Position numbers and translations under genes: made by a program
In this document: positions 1 through 10,100 of the stretch, one piece after another
Numbering within the stretch: position 1 is the stretch's first letter
How the letters are laid out: every line of letters starts with the position of its first letter
Origin: Guillardia theta CCMP2712
Lineage: Eukaryota; Protista; Cryptophyta
Reading direction: 5' to 3'
DNA: 42,102 bases
Assembly: GCF_000315625.1 (NCBI RefSeq)
Contig: NW_005434556.1
Span: forward strand, 1 to 42,102
The notes under the pieces: model-generated
Seen by the model: the letters and a program-made list of their open reading frames with translations, nothing else
Told to the model about the DNA's origin: nothing
Database searches by the model: none

Positions 1-428
1 GGAACCTGCCAGGAAATAAGGAACCTGCCAGGAAATAAGGAACCTGCCAGGAAATAAGGAACCTGCCAGGAAATAAGGAACCTGCCAGGAAATAAGGAAC
101 CTGCCAGGAAATAAGGAACCTGCCAGGAAATAAGGAACCTGCCAGGAAATAAGGAACCTGCCAGGAAATAAGGAACCTGCCAGGAAATAAGGAACCTGCC
201 AGGAAATAAGGAACCTGCCAGGAAATAAGGAACCTGCCAGGAAATAAGGAACCTGCCAGGAAATAAGGAACCTGCCAGGAAATAAGGAACCTGCCAGGAA
301 ATAAGGAACCTGCCAGGAAATAAGGAACCTGCCAGGAAATAAGGAACCTGCCAGGAAATAAGGAACCTGCCAGGAAATAAGGAACCTGCCAGGAAATAAG
401 GAACCTGCCAGGAAATAAGGAACCTGCC
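1..428. repeat. 19-bp tandem array (GGAACCTGCCAGGAAATAA)n, ~22.5 perfect copies, running off the window start
   Basis: Read directly from the sequence; perfect 19-nt periodicity up to the telomeric tract. Confidence 0.97.
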
Positions 429-470
429 AAACCCTAAACCCTAAACCCTAAACCCTAAACCCTAAACCCT
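429..470. repeat. Telomeric repeat tract (AAACCCT)6 = (TTTAGGG)n on the minus strand
   Basis: Six exact AAACCCT units; C-rich strand on + at the left end, as expected for a left chromosome end. Confidence 0.95.
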
Positions 471-656
471 ATTATTATTATTATTATTATTATGTGAGTT
501 TATTAGAATGCTAGAATGTTGCTCGGCCTCGTTGTGGGCTTATGCAATTTGATCCTAGTCTAAAGAGGCGCTCGAGCACTGGGAGTACACGGCCTACAAT
601 GCGAACCCTGCTTCTGAGGCGTCTTTCTACTTTCTACTTTTGCTGTCTTCTCTTGG

Positions 657-880
657 CTTCCTCAGCCTCAGTCAGGAGAGTTGCCTCTCCTCACCTTGGC
701 CTTCGGTCACCACCTACTCTACCTCCATTCAGCTTCCTCAGCCTCAGTCAGGAGAGTTGCCTCTCCTCACCTTGGCCTTCGGTCGCCACCTACTCCTCCT
801 CCATTCAGCTTCCTCAGCTTCAGTCAGGAGAGTTGCCTCTCCTCACCTTGGCCTTCGGTCGCCTCCACCTTCTCTACTTA
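657..880 (-). repeat. Three ~76-bp repeats in the element 3' UTR, each with hairpin GGAGAG-GCAA-CTCTCC
   Basis: Units start at ~657, 733 and 809; also present in copy 2 (~3651-3875) and, as two units, in the 22.5-kb copy. Confidence 0.85.
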
Positions 881-893
881 CCTTGAGCTCAGC

Positions 894-3068
894 TCAAGCT
901 CGGTACGGGCTCGCCCCGTCTTCTTCCTCGCCCTCGCCTTGCTCTTCCTCCATGTCTTCCTCTTCTTCGCCATCTTCCCTCATCTCCACCCGCAGTCGGT
1001 CCTTCTTGTCCACCTTCAGCGAGCAGGCCAGCACATGCATCTCTGCGAATTTACTCAGTGCTATGAACAGGAAGCTAAGAGATCGACGCTCTATGTCGTC
1101 GCTCTCCGCCTCCTGCTCAAGCTCAGCAGCTGCCGTTGCCCGTGGCGAGAACGCGCTGCCCCTCCTTGCCTTCTTGCTCTCTCCTTGCACGCGAGTCCAG
1201 CGCTTGCTCTGCAGCCACTTCCCCAGCTTCTCCTTGAGAACGTTGCGCCCAACTCCCTGCTCCTCTGGCATCTTCGCCCACTCTCCCAGCGACATGAACT
1301 CCAGGCTCCCCGGAGAGTAGAAGGTGTCGTGGAGGTTGCCAACGGCCTTGTCCAGGACCAGCTTGATCGGCTCGCTCGTCCCCGCCTCGTTCAAAGAAGC
1401 TGCATCTTCGATGACTGCTGACAGCTCGCTGACGAGCTGCATGTCCTCTTGGCTTGACGGAGATGCTGCCTCCATTGTGATCCTCTCCAGGTCTGTAAAC
1501 TCCAGCCACTCTCCCTCGCTCTCCTCCTGTCGCTGCGCTGCGTCGCTGGTGCCCCGCTGACCAGCCGCCTCAGAGTCAGGCTCCTTGTCGAAGCCGACTG
1601 CTTCGAGCTTGGTTGCTGCGCCTTCGAGATAGAAGGGCAGCTCCTTCATCATGCGTCGAGCATCCTCCGTGGAGCCGAGGAGGATGCATAGCTTGGACCC
1701 GTTCCAGGACTTGGTGTTCAAATCCTCCTCCATGTCGATGCCTTCAACGTTGATCTCGAGCCTGTTAGCGATCTCCAACAAGACTCTCTTGACTCTTGCG
1801 ATAGACGTGTTGCCGCCGTTGCACAGCCCCTCCATCTCCTTCCTCGTGAAGCGACCAGATGCCGCCGTCGACTTGATGATGATCTTGATCTCCTTGCCGT
1901 CCTTGCCGCCTGCCTTCTTCTGCATCCTTGATGCCTTCTTCAACTTATTTCTGGACACAAAGCGATCAGCTGTCAACTCGACTGCGAGCGCCTCTCTGAT
2001 CTTCGGGTCCTCGCTGAACAGAGTCAGGTGTACTCCCTCCATCGCTTCGCTCTCTCGGAAAGCTCGAAATGCTGTATCATTCGCCTCTGGGCAGCTCGAG
2101 GAGACAATCCACTCCACCTCCCTCTGTCTCCAGATGACGTTGGCCCCTACAGCGATGAAGCCTTTCTGACCTAAGCCTTTGTGGACTTGCTGTCCTGGCG
2201 CCCCAGCGACCAGCATGCCTGCCAGCGGCTGGAGTTGGACCGCTGCAAGGGACTGGCGCAGCAGCTGATAGCGATAGACGGCAGCTATCTCAGCCGTTGT
2301 CATGCCGCCCAAGGTTAGCAGGTGAGTCAGCTCTGCCAAGCTGCCCCCTTTGCCCCAGGGTCCTCTCTTGGCTCGAATCTTGAAAGATCGATCGTGCACG
2401 ATGCTCACATGTACAGCTGTGAACTTGCGACCATCGATCGCGAAGTCCTCTCTTCCCTGCCAGAGCTTCTCCGCTTGTGCATTGCGGAGGAAGGAAACAG
2501 TCACCGGGATCTCCTCAGCACTCGCTATCTCGGGTCTATACGGAGCCTTCCACATGATTGCTTTACTCTCTTGCACTGAGTCTACGATCAGTCCGATCTC
2601 TTCAAATTTCTTCTTCAGCTTTTCTTCATGGTTGACATACACCGAGGAGATGCCCAGGAGAGTCATGGAGATGAAGGAAGTCACCTCGTTGCCTGCTGAG
2701 GCGGTGTATGTCTCGACCTTCTCTTTCTTGGCTTCTTCAATCTGCTGCATAAACCACTCTCTGGATGCGTCACTCCATCCAGTCATCGCTTCTTGCAGAA
2801 ACTCACGTCGTGCCTGCTGACATGTCGAGCGGATGGCTTCTGCGATAGCGTCGGGGGTGCATCCCTCCACAGCCTTGCAAGCCTGGGCTGTCCTGCTGTT
2901 CGGATAACGCTTCGCGAAGCTCTTCACCCTCTCGACGAGATCAGCTTCGAGGACAGAGGCATCCACAAGTCCGCTCTGCGTGTATTGGCATGATCTCCGA
3001 TACAGCAGGTTGCGAACATTTTCATCATACTGAAGAACCATACTTAGAAAGCTATTTGAAGTATACAA
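894..3068 (-). CDS. ORF1/Gag-like protein (~720 aa) with probable RRM-like domains and an acidic C-terminus
   Basis: 724-aa ORF; RRM-like segments (VTVSFLRNAQAEKLWQG..IDGRKFTAV; LCILLGSTEDARRMMKELP); C-terminus aligns with 15256-15669. No RT or endonuclease motifs. The frame stays open upstream into the 19-mer array, so the true start is uncertain. Confidence 0.7.
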   Translation of the reverse strand: MYTSNSFLSMVLQYDENVRNLLYRRSCQYTQSGLVDASVLEADLVERVKSFAKRYPNSRTAQACKAVEGCTPDAIAEAIRSTCQQARREFLQEAMTGWSDASREWFMQQIEEAKKEKVETYTASAGNEVTSFISMTLLGISSVYVNHEEKLKKKFEEIGLIVDSVQESKAIMWKAPYRPEIASAEEIPVTVSFLRNAQAEKLWQGREDFAIDGRKFTAVHVSIVHDRSFKIRAKRGPWGKGGSLAELTHLLTLGGMTTAEIAAVYRYQLLRQSLAAVQLQPLAGMLVAGAPGQQVHKGLGQKGFIAVGANVIWRQREVEWIVSSSCPEANDTAFRAFRESEAMEGVHLTLFSEDPKIREALAVELTADRFVSRNKLKKASRMQKKAGGKDGKEIKIIIKSTAASGRFTRKEMEGLCNGGNTSIARVKRVLLEIANRLEINVEGIDMEEDLNTKSWNGSKLCILLGSTEDARRMMKELPFYLEGAATKLEAVGFDKEPDSEAAGQRGTSDAAQRQEESEGEWLEFTDLERITMEAASPSSQEDMQLVSELSAVIEDAASLNEAGTSEPIKLVLDKAVGNLHDTFYSPGSLEFMSLGEWAKMPEEQGVGRNVLKEKLGKWLQSKRWTRVQGESKKARRGSAFSPRATAAAELEQEAESDDIERRSLSFLFIALSKFAEMHVLACSLKVDKKDRLRVEMREDGEEEEDMEEEQGEGEEEDGASPYRA

Positions 3069-3131
3069 ACCTCTTGCTTGCAGCTTCCTTGGCGCCCTGG
3101 CGGCTTCCCCTACACCTGACGAGGAGCCATG

Positions 3132-3418
3132 CTGCCGAAAATAACGGCGCCTGCCGAAAATAACGGCGCCTGCCGAAAATAACGGCGCCTGCCGAAAATA
3201 ACGGCGCCTGCCGAAAATAACGGCGCCTGCCGAAAATAACGGCGCCTGCCGAAAATAACGGCGCCTGCCGAAAATAACGGCGCCTGCCGAAAATAACGGC
3301 GCCTGCCGAAAATAACGGCGCCTGCCGAAAATAACGGCGCCTGCCGAAAATAACGGCGCCTGCCGAAAATAACGGCGCCTGCCGAAAATAACGGCGCCTG
3401 CCGAAAATAACGGCGCCT
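3132..3418. repeat. 19-bp tandem array (CTGCCGAAAATAACGGCGC)15
   Basis: 15 perfect copies at 3132-3416 plus a 2-nt partial unit; shares CTGCC and AAATAA with the array at 1-428. Confidence 0.97.
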
Positions 3419-3470
3419 CCTAAACCCTAAACCCTAAACCCTAAACCCTAAACCCTAAACCCTAAACCCT
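3419..3470. repeat. Interstitial telomeric tract, ~7 CCCTAAA units
   Basis: Read directly; separates the two element copies. Confidence 0.95.
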
Positions 3471-6157
3471 ATTATTATTATTATTATGTGAGTTTATTAG
3501 AATGCTAGAATGTTGCTCGGCCTCGTTGTGGGCTTATGCAATTTGATCCTAGTCTAAAGAGGCGCTCGAGCACTGGGAGTACACGGCCTACAATGCGAAC
3601 CCTGCTTCTGAGGCGTCTTTCTACTCTCTACTTCTGCTGTCTTCTCTTGGCTTCCTCAGCCTCAGTCAGGAGAGTTGCCTCTCCTCACCTTGGCCTTCGG
3701 TCACCACCTACTCTACCTCCATTCAGCTTCCTCAGCCTCAGTCAGAAGAGTTGCCTCTCCTCACCTTGGCCTTCGGTCGCCACCTACTCCTCCTCCATTC
3801 AGCTTCCTCAGCCTCAGTCAGGAGAGTTGCCTCTCCTCACCTTGGCCTTCGGTCGCCTCCACCTTCTCTACTTACCTTGAGCTCAGCTCAAGCTCGGTAC
3901 GGGCTCGCCCCGTCTTCTTCCTCGCCCTCGCCTTGCTCTTCCTCCATGTCTTCCTCTTCTTCGCCATCTTACCTCATCTCCACCCGCAGTCGGTCCTTCT
4001 TGTCCACCTTCAGCGAGCAGGCCAGCACATGCATCTCTGCGAATTTACTCAGTGCTATGAACAGGAAGCTAAGAGATCGACGCTCTATGTCGTCGCTCTC
4101 CGCCTCCTGCTCAAGCTCAGCAGCTGCCGTTGCCCGTGGCGAGAACGCGCTGCCCCTCCTTGCCTTCTTGCTCTCTCCTTGCACGCGAGTCCAGCGCTTG
4201 CTCTGCAGCCACTTCCCCAGCTTCTCCTTGAGAACGTTGCGCCCAACTCCCTGCTCCTCTGGCATCTTCGCCCACTCTCCCAGCGACATGAACTCCAGGC
4301 TCCCCGGAGAGTAGAACGTGTCGTGGAGGTTGCCAACGGCCTTGTCCAGGACCAGCTTGATCGGCTCGCTAGTCCCCGCCTCGTTCAAAGAAGCTGCATC
4401 TTCGATGACTGCTGACAGCTCGCTGACGAGCTGCATGTCCTCTTGGCTTGACGGAGATGCTGCCTCCATTGTGATCCTCTCCAGTTCTGTAAACTCCAGC
4501 CACTCTCCCTCGCTCTCCTCCTGCCGCTGCGCTGCGTCGCTGGTGCCCCGCTGACCAGCCGCCTCAGAGTCAGGCTCCTTGTCGAAGCCGACTGCTTCGA
4601 GCTTGGTTGCTGCGCCTTCGAGATAGAAGGGCAGCTCCTTCATCATGCGTCGAGCATCCTCCGTGGAGCCGAGGAGGATGCATAGCTTGGACCCGTTCCA
4701 GGACTTGGTGTTCAAATCCTCCTCCATGTCGATGCCTTCAACGTTGATCTCGAGCCTGTTAGCGATCTCCAACAAGACTCTCTTGACTCTTGCGATAGAC
4801 GTGTTGCCGCCGTTGCACAGCCCCTCCATCTCCTTCCTCGTGAAGCGACCAGATGCCGCCGTCGACTTGATGATGATCTTGATCTCCTTGCCGTCCTTGC
4901 CGCCTGCCTTCTTCTGCCTCCTTGATGCCTTCTTCAACTTATTTCTGGACACAAAGCGATCAGCTGTCAACTCGACTGCGAGCGCCTCTCTGATCTTCGG
5001 GTCCTCGCTGAACAGAGTCAGGTGTACTCCCTCCATCGCTTCGCTCTCTCGGAAAGCTCGAAATGCTGTATCATTCGCCTCTGGGCAGCTCGAGGAGACG
5101 ATCCACTCCACCTCCCTCTGTCTCCAGATGACGTTGGCCCCTACAGCGATGAAGCCTTTCTGACCTAAGCCTTTGTGGACTTGCTGTCCTGGCGCCCCAG
5201 CGACCAGCATGCCTGCCAGCGGCTGGAGTTGGACCGCTGCAAGGGACTGGCGCAGCAGCTGATAGCGATAGACGGCAGCTATCTCAGCCGTTGTCATGCC
5301 GCCCAAGGTTAGCAGGTGAGTCAGCTCTGCCAAGCTGCCCCCTTTGCCCCAGGGTCCTCTCTTGGCTCGAATCTTGAAAGATCGATCGTGCACGATGCTC
5401 ACATGTACAGCTGTGAACTTGCGACCATCGATCGCGAAGTCCTCTCTTCCCTGCCAGAGCTTCTCCGCTTGTGCATTGCGGAGGAAGGAAACAGTCACCG
5501 GGATCTCCTCAGCACTCGCTATCTCGGGTCTATACGGAGCCTTCCACATGATTGCTTTACTCTCTTGCACTGAGTCTACGATCAGTCCGATCTCTTCAAA
5601 TTTCTTCTTCAGCTTTTCTTCATGGTTGACATACACCGAGGAGATGCCCAGGAGAGTCATGGAGATGAAGGAAGTCACCTCGTTGCCTGCTGAGGCGGTG
5701 TATGTCTCGACCTTCTCCTTCTTGGCTTCTTCAATCTGCTGCATAAACCACTCTCTGGATGCGTCACTCCATCCAGTCATCGCTTCTTGCAGAAGCTCAC
5801 GTCGTGCCTGCTGACATGTCGAGCGGATGGCTTCTGCGATAGCGTCGGGGGTGCATCCCTCCACAGCCTTGCAAGCCTGGGCTGTCCTGCTGTTCGGATA
5901 ACGCTTCGCGAAGCTCTTCACCCTCTCGACGAGATCAGCTTCGAGGACAGAGGCATCCACAAGTCCGCTCTGCGTGTATTGGCATGATCTCCGATACAGC
6001 AGGTTGCGAACATTTTCATCATACTGAAGAACCATACTTAGAAAGCTATTTGAAGTATACAAACCTCTCGCTTGCAGCTTCCTTGGCGCCCTGGCGGCTT
6101 CCCCTACACCTGACGAGGAGCCATGCTGCCGAAAATAACGGCGCCTGCCGAAAATAA
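3471..6157 (-). mobile_element. Telomere-associated element, copy 2 (only ~1.7 copies of the 19-mer)
   Basis: Colinear with copy 1 apart from scattered SNPs; shorter (TAA)n tail at 3471-3487; identical body start (CATGGCTCC on the minus strand). Confidence 0.8.
3969..6062 (-). CDS. ORF1/Gag-like protein, copy 2, with a premature stop removing the 25-aa acidic tail
   Basis: GAA>TAA at 3969-3971 relative to copy 1; otherwise almost identical protein. Confidence 0.65.
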   Translation of the reverse strand: MYTSNSFLSMVLQYDENVRNLLYRRSCQYTQSGLVDASVLEADLVERVKSFAKRYPNSRTAQACKAVEGCTPDAIAEAIRSTCQQARRELLQEAMTGWSDASREWFMQQIEEAKKEKVETYTASAGNEVTSFISMTLLGISSVYVNHEEKLKKKFEEIGLIVDSVQESKAIMWKAPYRPEIASAEEIPVTVSFLRNAQAEKLWQGREDFAIDGRKFTAVHVSIVHDRSFKIRAKRGPWGKGGSLAELTHLLTLGGMTTAEIAAVYRYQLLRQSLAAVQLQPLAGMLVAGAPGQQVHKGLGQKGFIAVGANVIWRQREVEWIVSSSCPEANDTAFRAFRESEAMEGVHLTLFSEDPKIREALAVELTADRFVSRNKLKKASRRQKKAGGKDGKEIKIIIKSTAASGRFTRKEMEGLCNGGNTSIARVKRVLLEIANRLEINVEGIDMEEDLNTKSWNGSKLCILLGSTEDARRMMKELPFYLEGAATKLEAVGFDKEPDSEAAGQRGTSDAAQRQEESEGEWLEFTELERITMEAASPSSQEDMQLVSELSAVIEDAASLNEAGTSEPIKLVLDKAVGNLHDTFYSPGSLEFMSLGEWAKMPEEQGVGRNVLKEKLGKWLQSKRWTRVQGESKKARRGSAFSPRATAAAELEQEAESDDIERRSLSFLFIALSKFAEMHVLACSLKVDKKDRLRVEMR

Positions 6158-6173
6158 CCCTAAACCCTAAACC
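6156..6173. repeat. Innermost telomeric seed AACCCTAAACCCTAAACC (~2.5 units)
   Basis: Read directly; abuts unique sequence. Confidence 0.85.
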
Positions 6174-6363
6174 ATCTTGAAAACAACACCACATTGATAG
6201 AAAGAACTATTGATGAAAGAATAGCTGAACTAAGGGCATTTCCATTACAAGAAGTGTATGCAAAAGACAGGGGACCGAACCATGAAACGACGCGTTTGCT
6301 TACCGGGGACAGGACTGATACGAAACTGCGCATCAATCTTTGTATTCCAAGCCATTTTTGTAT

Positions 6364-7071
6364 CTAAACGTAAGAAATCGGGCAGACAAAGTTTTCCGGG
6401 CAGGTCTGGCACTGCCCGTCCACTTCGTAGTAACCAGAGCTGCAGACGCAGCCGTCTATAGCGGTGGTGTTCGGCCTGGAGGTGCGCGGCGCAGGGCACT
6501 GCTTGCAGGTCGTCTGTCTGGATTCGTCTTGATATTCGCCGACACCGCACTGATCACACGTCAGATAGTTTCCAATGATCCCTTTGAAGCCCGGCGGACA
6601 GTCGTAGCAGGTCGAAAAGCCAGCGTAAGGAGCTATGGTGGCCGTCTGGCACGTCTTGCAGGCCAGCTGCCCACTCTGGTCGCTGTACTTGCCAGCTTCG
6701 CACGGAAGGCAGTGGGAAAGACGGCTGTTTCCAGTGGCATTGCTGTACGTGCCGGGCGGGCAGGGAAAGAGGTAGTTGGACGATACAACGCCATGGCACT
6801 GGTAGCAGACGCCGGCGCTCGCATTGCCGCAACCCGCCCGGAACTGGTTGGCCGAACAAGCATCGCACTTCTTGCAGACGCCGCCGGACGACGCGCTGCA
6901 GCCGTCGCTGTAGTAGCCGGAAGGGCAGGCGGTGATCGCCGGGCAGGGCCAGCATTGCGGCCATCGGTAGTAGTAGCCGTCAGGGCAGGAGGGCAGGGAG
7001 AATGATATCTTAATAAAACAATGACAAAAGAAGAGGATAAGAAAAAGACCCTTCATTTCTTTGAAAAACAT
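6364..7071 (-). CDS. Secreted Cys-rich protein with TNFR/ephrin-receptor-like (GCC2/GCC3-type) repeats, probably C-terminally truncated
   Basis: Hydrophobic N-terminus (MKGLFLILFFCHCFIKISFS); repeated CxxCxxGxY motifs; ends soon after starting a new repeat. Confidence 0.65.
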   Translation of the reverse strand: MFFKEMKGLFLILFFCHCFIKISFSLPSCPDGYYYRWPQCWPCPAITACPSGYYSDGCSASSGGVCKKCDACSANQFRAGCGNASAGVCYQCHGVVSSNYLFPCPPGTYSNATGNSRLSHCLPCEAGKYSDQSGQLACKTCQTATIAPYAGFSTCYDCPPGFKGIIGNYLTCDQCGVGEYQDESRQTTCKQCPAPRTSRPNTTAIDGCVCSSGYYEVDGQCQTCPENFVCPISYV

Positions 7072-7121
7072 TTATTCGGAACACTTACGACTGAAATACA
7101 CCGTCTACCAGCTAGATCAGT

Positions 7122-10100
7122 TCAACCACACACCTGCGGGCAGTAGAATCCGGCGGGGCAGATGTCGCAGCTATAGACATCCTTCCGGTAGTAGCCCGCA
7201 AAGCACGCGCAGTGCCCAACGCTCTTCGCACCGAAGCTGGAAGTGCTGTTCGAAGGGCAGGGCTTGCAGACGAAGCCATCATCCGAATACAGCCCAGGCA
7301 TGCAGGCCATGCACTGCCCGTAGTAAGACTGGTCCCCCGCACCGCAAAGCGCGCAGGAAGGAAGGTTGTCGTTCGCGTCGTAGTAGTCCGTCACCCCGTT
7401 CGCGTTCGAATCCATATGGTGCGATGATACGCCCCACTTCTCGCTAAGGTAGCGATGGACCGCTGTAGTTTGGACAGAAGGAAGTGCGATGTCAAAGACA
7501 CGAAGTTGTTGCCAGAAGAAAGATCGCTGGCAGCGCCAATCACCGCGTAACCGCTTGCGTCCGTAGCACCAAGGGCGTGGCTAAGAATCGTCGTGGCGTG
7601 GCTGAAGCCGTTCACCTGCAGCTGCGTAACATCGACGCCGCTCTGCAAAGATGCGGTCGCAGTCATCACAATGCGTTCCTTCCTTGCCACCGTGTTCAGC
7701 AGCGCGTCCGTGTTGGTCGTAGTGTCTGTATTCCCGCTGACACCGTCGTCCCGCGTGTAGAACGCCGAAGTGTCCGTCGAAAAGCCCAGCGTTTGCGACA
7801 CGGTTCCGGTCGACTTCCGGCCCGAAATGACGTGCCCCTGCGTCCCGCTGTCCGCGCCAGTGCGCTCCACCACCGCAAAGATCGTCGTTTCCACTGCGGA
7901 GAGCGGGCTGGAAACAGTCGTCTTGTAGCCGCAATTCCCGTTGAACTCTACGCCTACATCCGGCAGAAGCTGGCAGGTCAGCGAATACTTGCTATTGTCC
8001 GATGTTGTCAGGGATGTTGCGTGCCTGCCGTTCCCGCTTAGATCGTTCCAGGTTGAAAGCTTGTTAAAATAACGGATTTCGGAAGTAGACCACACGCCGT
8101 CTGCACGGTAGAAGTAGAAGCCTGTTCCATCTGTACGCTCTGTTATTTGTGCATGCGAAAAACTTATTGTAAAGTAATTACCCCCTAGATTTTCGGAAAA
8201 TCTAAACATTACGGGATAATACGTATAAGAATCAAGTGTGGTTTGTGCTGAAGCTTTGGAGCTAGCAACAGAACCTTGCCAAGTTCCCGAAGTAAGTAAT
8301 ACTTCCGTTCCATCTTTATAAATGTATATAGCACTATCATCATCGCTATTGCGGTAGAATGTAAAGACACCTGAATATTGACCCGTATAGAAGTATCCAT
8401 TGTATTGCACTGCAAATAAATTTTCTGAAGTAACAGTAAATAAATTGTTGATATTGATTGAAACACCCGTGCTTGCAGGTATTCCAACATATTGCTGATA
8501 ACCATTATTCCAACGCGTGTACGGCAAACCAGAGAGCATCTGCGGCACCGAAGCAGACGGCGTCTGCCCGGCATTGAAGCTTCCATCAACGTTTTTGGAA
8601 TCCAGCCAGAGCGCAAGGTTAGATTCATATAGTTTCAAGCTACTGTTGCGCTGGGTCAGATAGTCGACATAGTCCCAGAGCTTGGCGTACGAAGTCTGGC
8701 AGAAGCCCTGCGTGCGCGAGCCATTGACGGAAACTTTACCGTAAGGACATCTGACGCACGCATCCGCCTTCATCTTTCTGATATTATTCCTGTTCTGGTC
8801 CGAAACGAAGACATACTTGCCATCCCTGGAAAGCGCAACGCCGAAGGGCACGGTAAATTCCGCGTCGTTGGCATAAAGATTGTCAATGAACCCCGCATTT
8901 CCGTTGCCAGCCAGCGTCGTAACTTCAGACGTCATCAGGTCGATCCTGCGGATGGTCGAATCCATGCTGTCGGCAACCAGAAGCGACGCGCCATACCAAT
9001 CCACCGCAACCCCCGTTGGGTTGTAGAACTGCGCGCTAAGCCCGACAGCGTCCGTAAGGCCAGCAACGCCGCTGCCCGCAACGACAACCAGCGAAGGTGT
9101 AGCCGAAGTCCAGTCCAACTTCATAATCTGATGGTAATCCTTGAAGGCAATGTACACAGTCGGACCAAAGACGTCAAGGCCCAGCGGATTGTAGACAGGA
9201 TTCATGACAGTCAGCGTGTAAAGGTTCGTTGCGGTGGAAGTGACGATCGCGACCTTGAAAATGCTGAAGGAATCGATAACGATCAAGTAGTCCATGCTGT
9301 CCGTCAGCGCTATACCCCTGGGCTTGGTGTAGATCGAACCAGAAGCGGTGCAGGTGCCAGAAAACGTCGTCACCGCCGCCGTCAACAGGTCGATCTTGCG
9401 GATGCAGTTGTTCCCCTGATCAGAAACGTAAGCCACCGTTTCGTTCCAATCCACCGTCACATCCACCGGCATGTTGAACTGCGCAAGCGTGCCGACACCG
9501 TTCGCAGTGCCAGCAAGCGACTGTCCCGCCAGCGTGTTCGTATACCCGCTCTCTATGTCGACCTTGCGGATCATGTTGTTTCCAGTGTCGGCTACAAGCA
9601 CGTACTCCCGCGCGGCCATCAGATTGTACGGATTGCTGAATCTGGCCGTTGCAGCTGCCCCGTTCCGATAACCCGCTGTCGACGTTCCTGTTGAAGGGCC
9701 AGAAAGCGTCCGAACATCCCAAACACCCGAAACTTCACCGGTGCCGTAATATCCCGCTTCGCACACGCTCTTGTCAACGCATGAAATGGCACTGGACGAA
9801 GCCCATGGCTCCGACGTCTTGCCCGCACCGCACGACGCATAGCTGCTCTGCGTTTCGCCCGTAAAATACTGCCCGGGCGTGTTCATGTCACTGGTGCAGA
9901 AGTCCGAAGAGCTGCTTCCGGCCGGCGAAACCTGCGCCGCCATCGTTCCAACCTCCTTCACGCGGATGATGATGATGCCGGAACCGCCATTACAGCCATT
10001 ATTACTTAAACGACCACCACCACCTCCTCCTCCCGTCCCTGACATTCCATTCACACATTGTAATGCACCACTACCAGCGTCATAACCACCATCGCCGCCA

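Larger units (their letters stand above)
471..3418 (-). mobile_element. Telomere-associated non-autonomous non-LTR-type element, copy 1: 19-bp 5' array, ORF1, 3' UTR repeats, (TAA)n tail
   Basis: (TAA)n tail at 471-493 abuts telomere repeats; near-identical copy at 3471-6157; ORF homologous to ORF1 of the APE-encoding element at 15256-15669; 5'-truncated copy with TSD at 22524-23070. Confidence 0.8.

Noticed and set aside
1-428. 19-mers as real 19-nt GT-AG introns like those of chlorarachniophyte nucleomorphs
   Set aside because: No exonic bases between units, and host introns here are >40 nt; retained only as an acceptor-like resemblance.
657-880. Hammerhead ribozyme / Penelope-like pLTR
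   Set aside because: CTGAGGA is present but there is no properly placed GAAA or stems; the related element encodes APE, not a PLE-type RT.
1-3418. 19-bp arrays as CRISPR arrays
   Set aside because: Head-to-tail repeats with no spacers, no cas genes, eukaryotic context.
542-5987. Plus-strand ORFs over the telomeric units
   Set aside because: Antisense shadows of the long ORF1 and the UTR repeats; Ser/Leu-rich with no motifs.
6063-6194. N-terminal extension of the 741-aa ORF (MWCCFQDGLGFRV..)
   Set aside because: It translates flanking DNA, telomere repeats and 19-mers; a chance read-through absent from copy 1.
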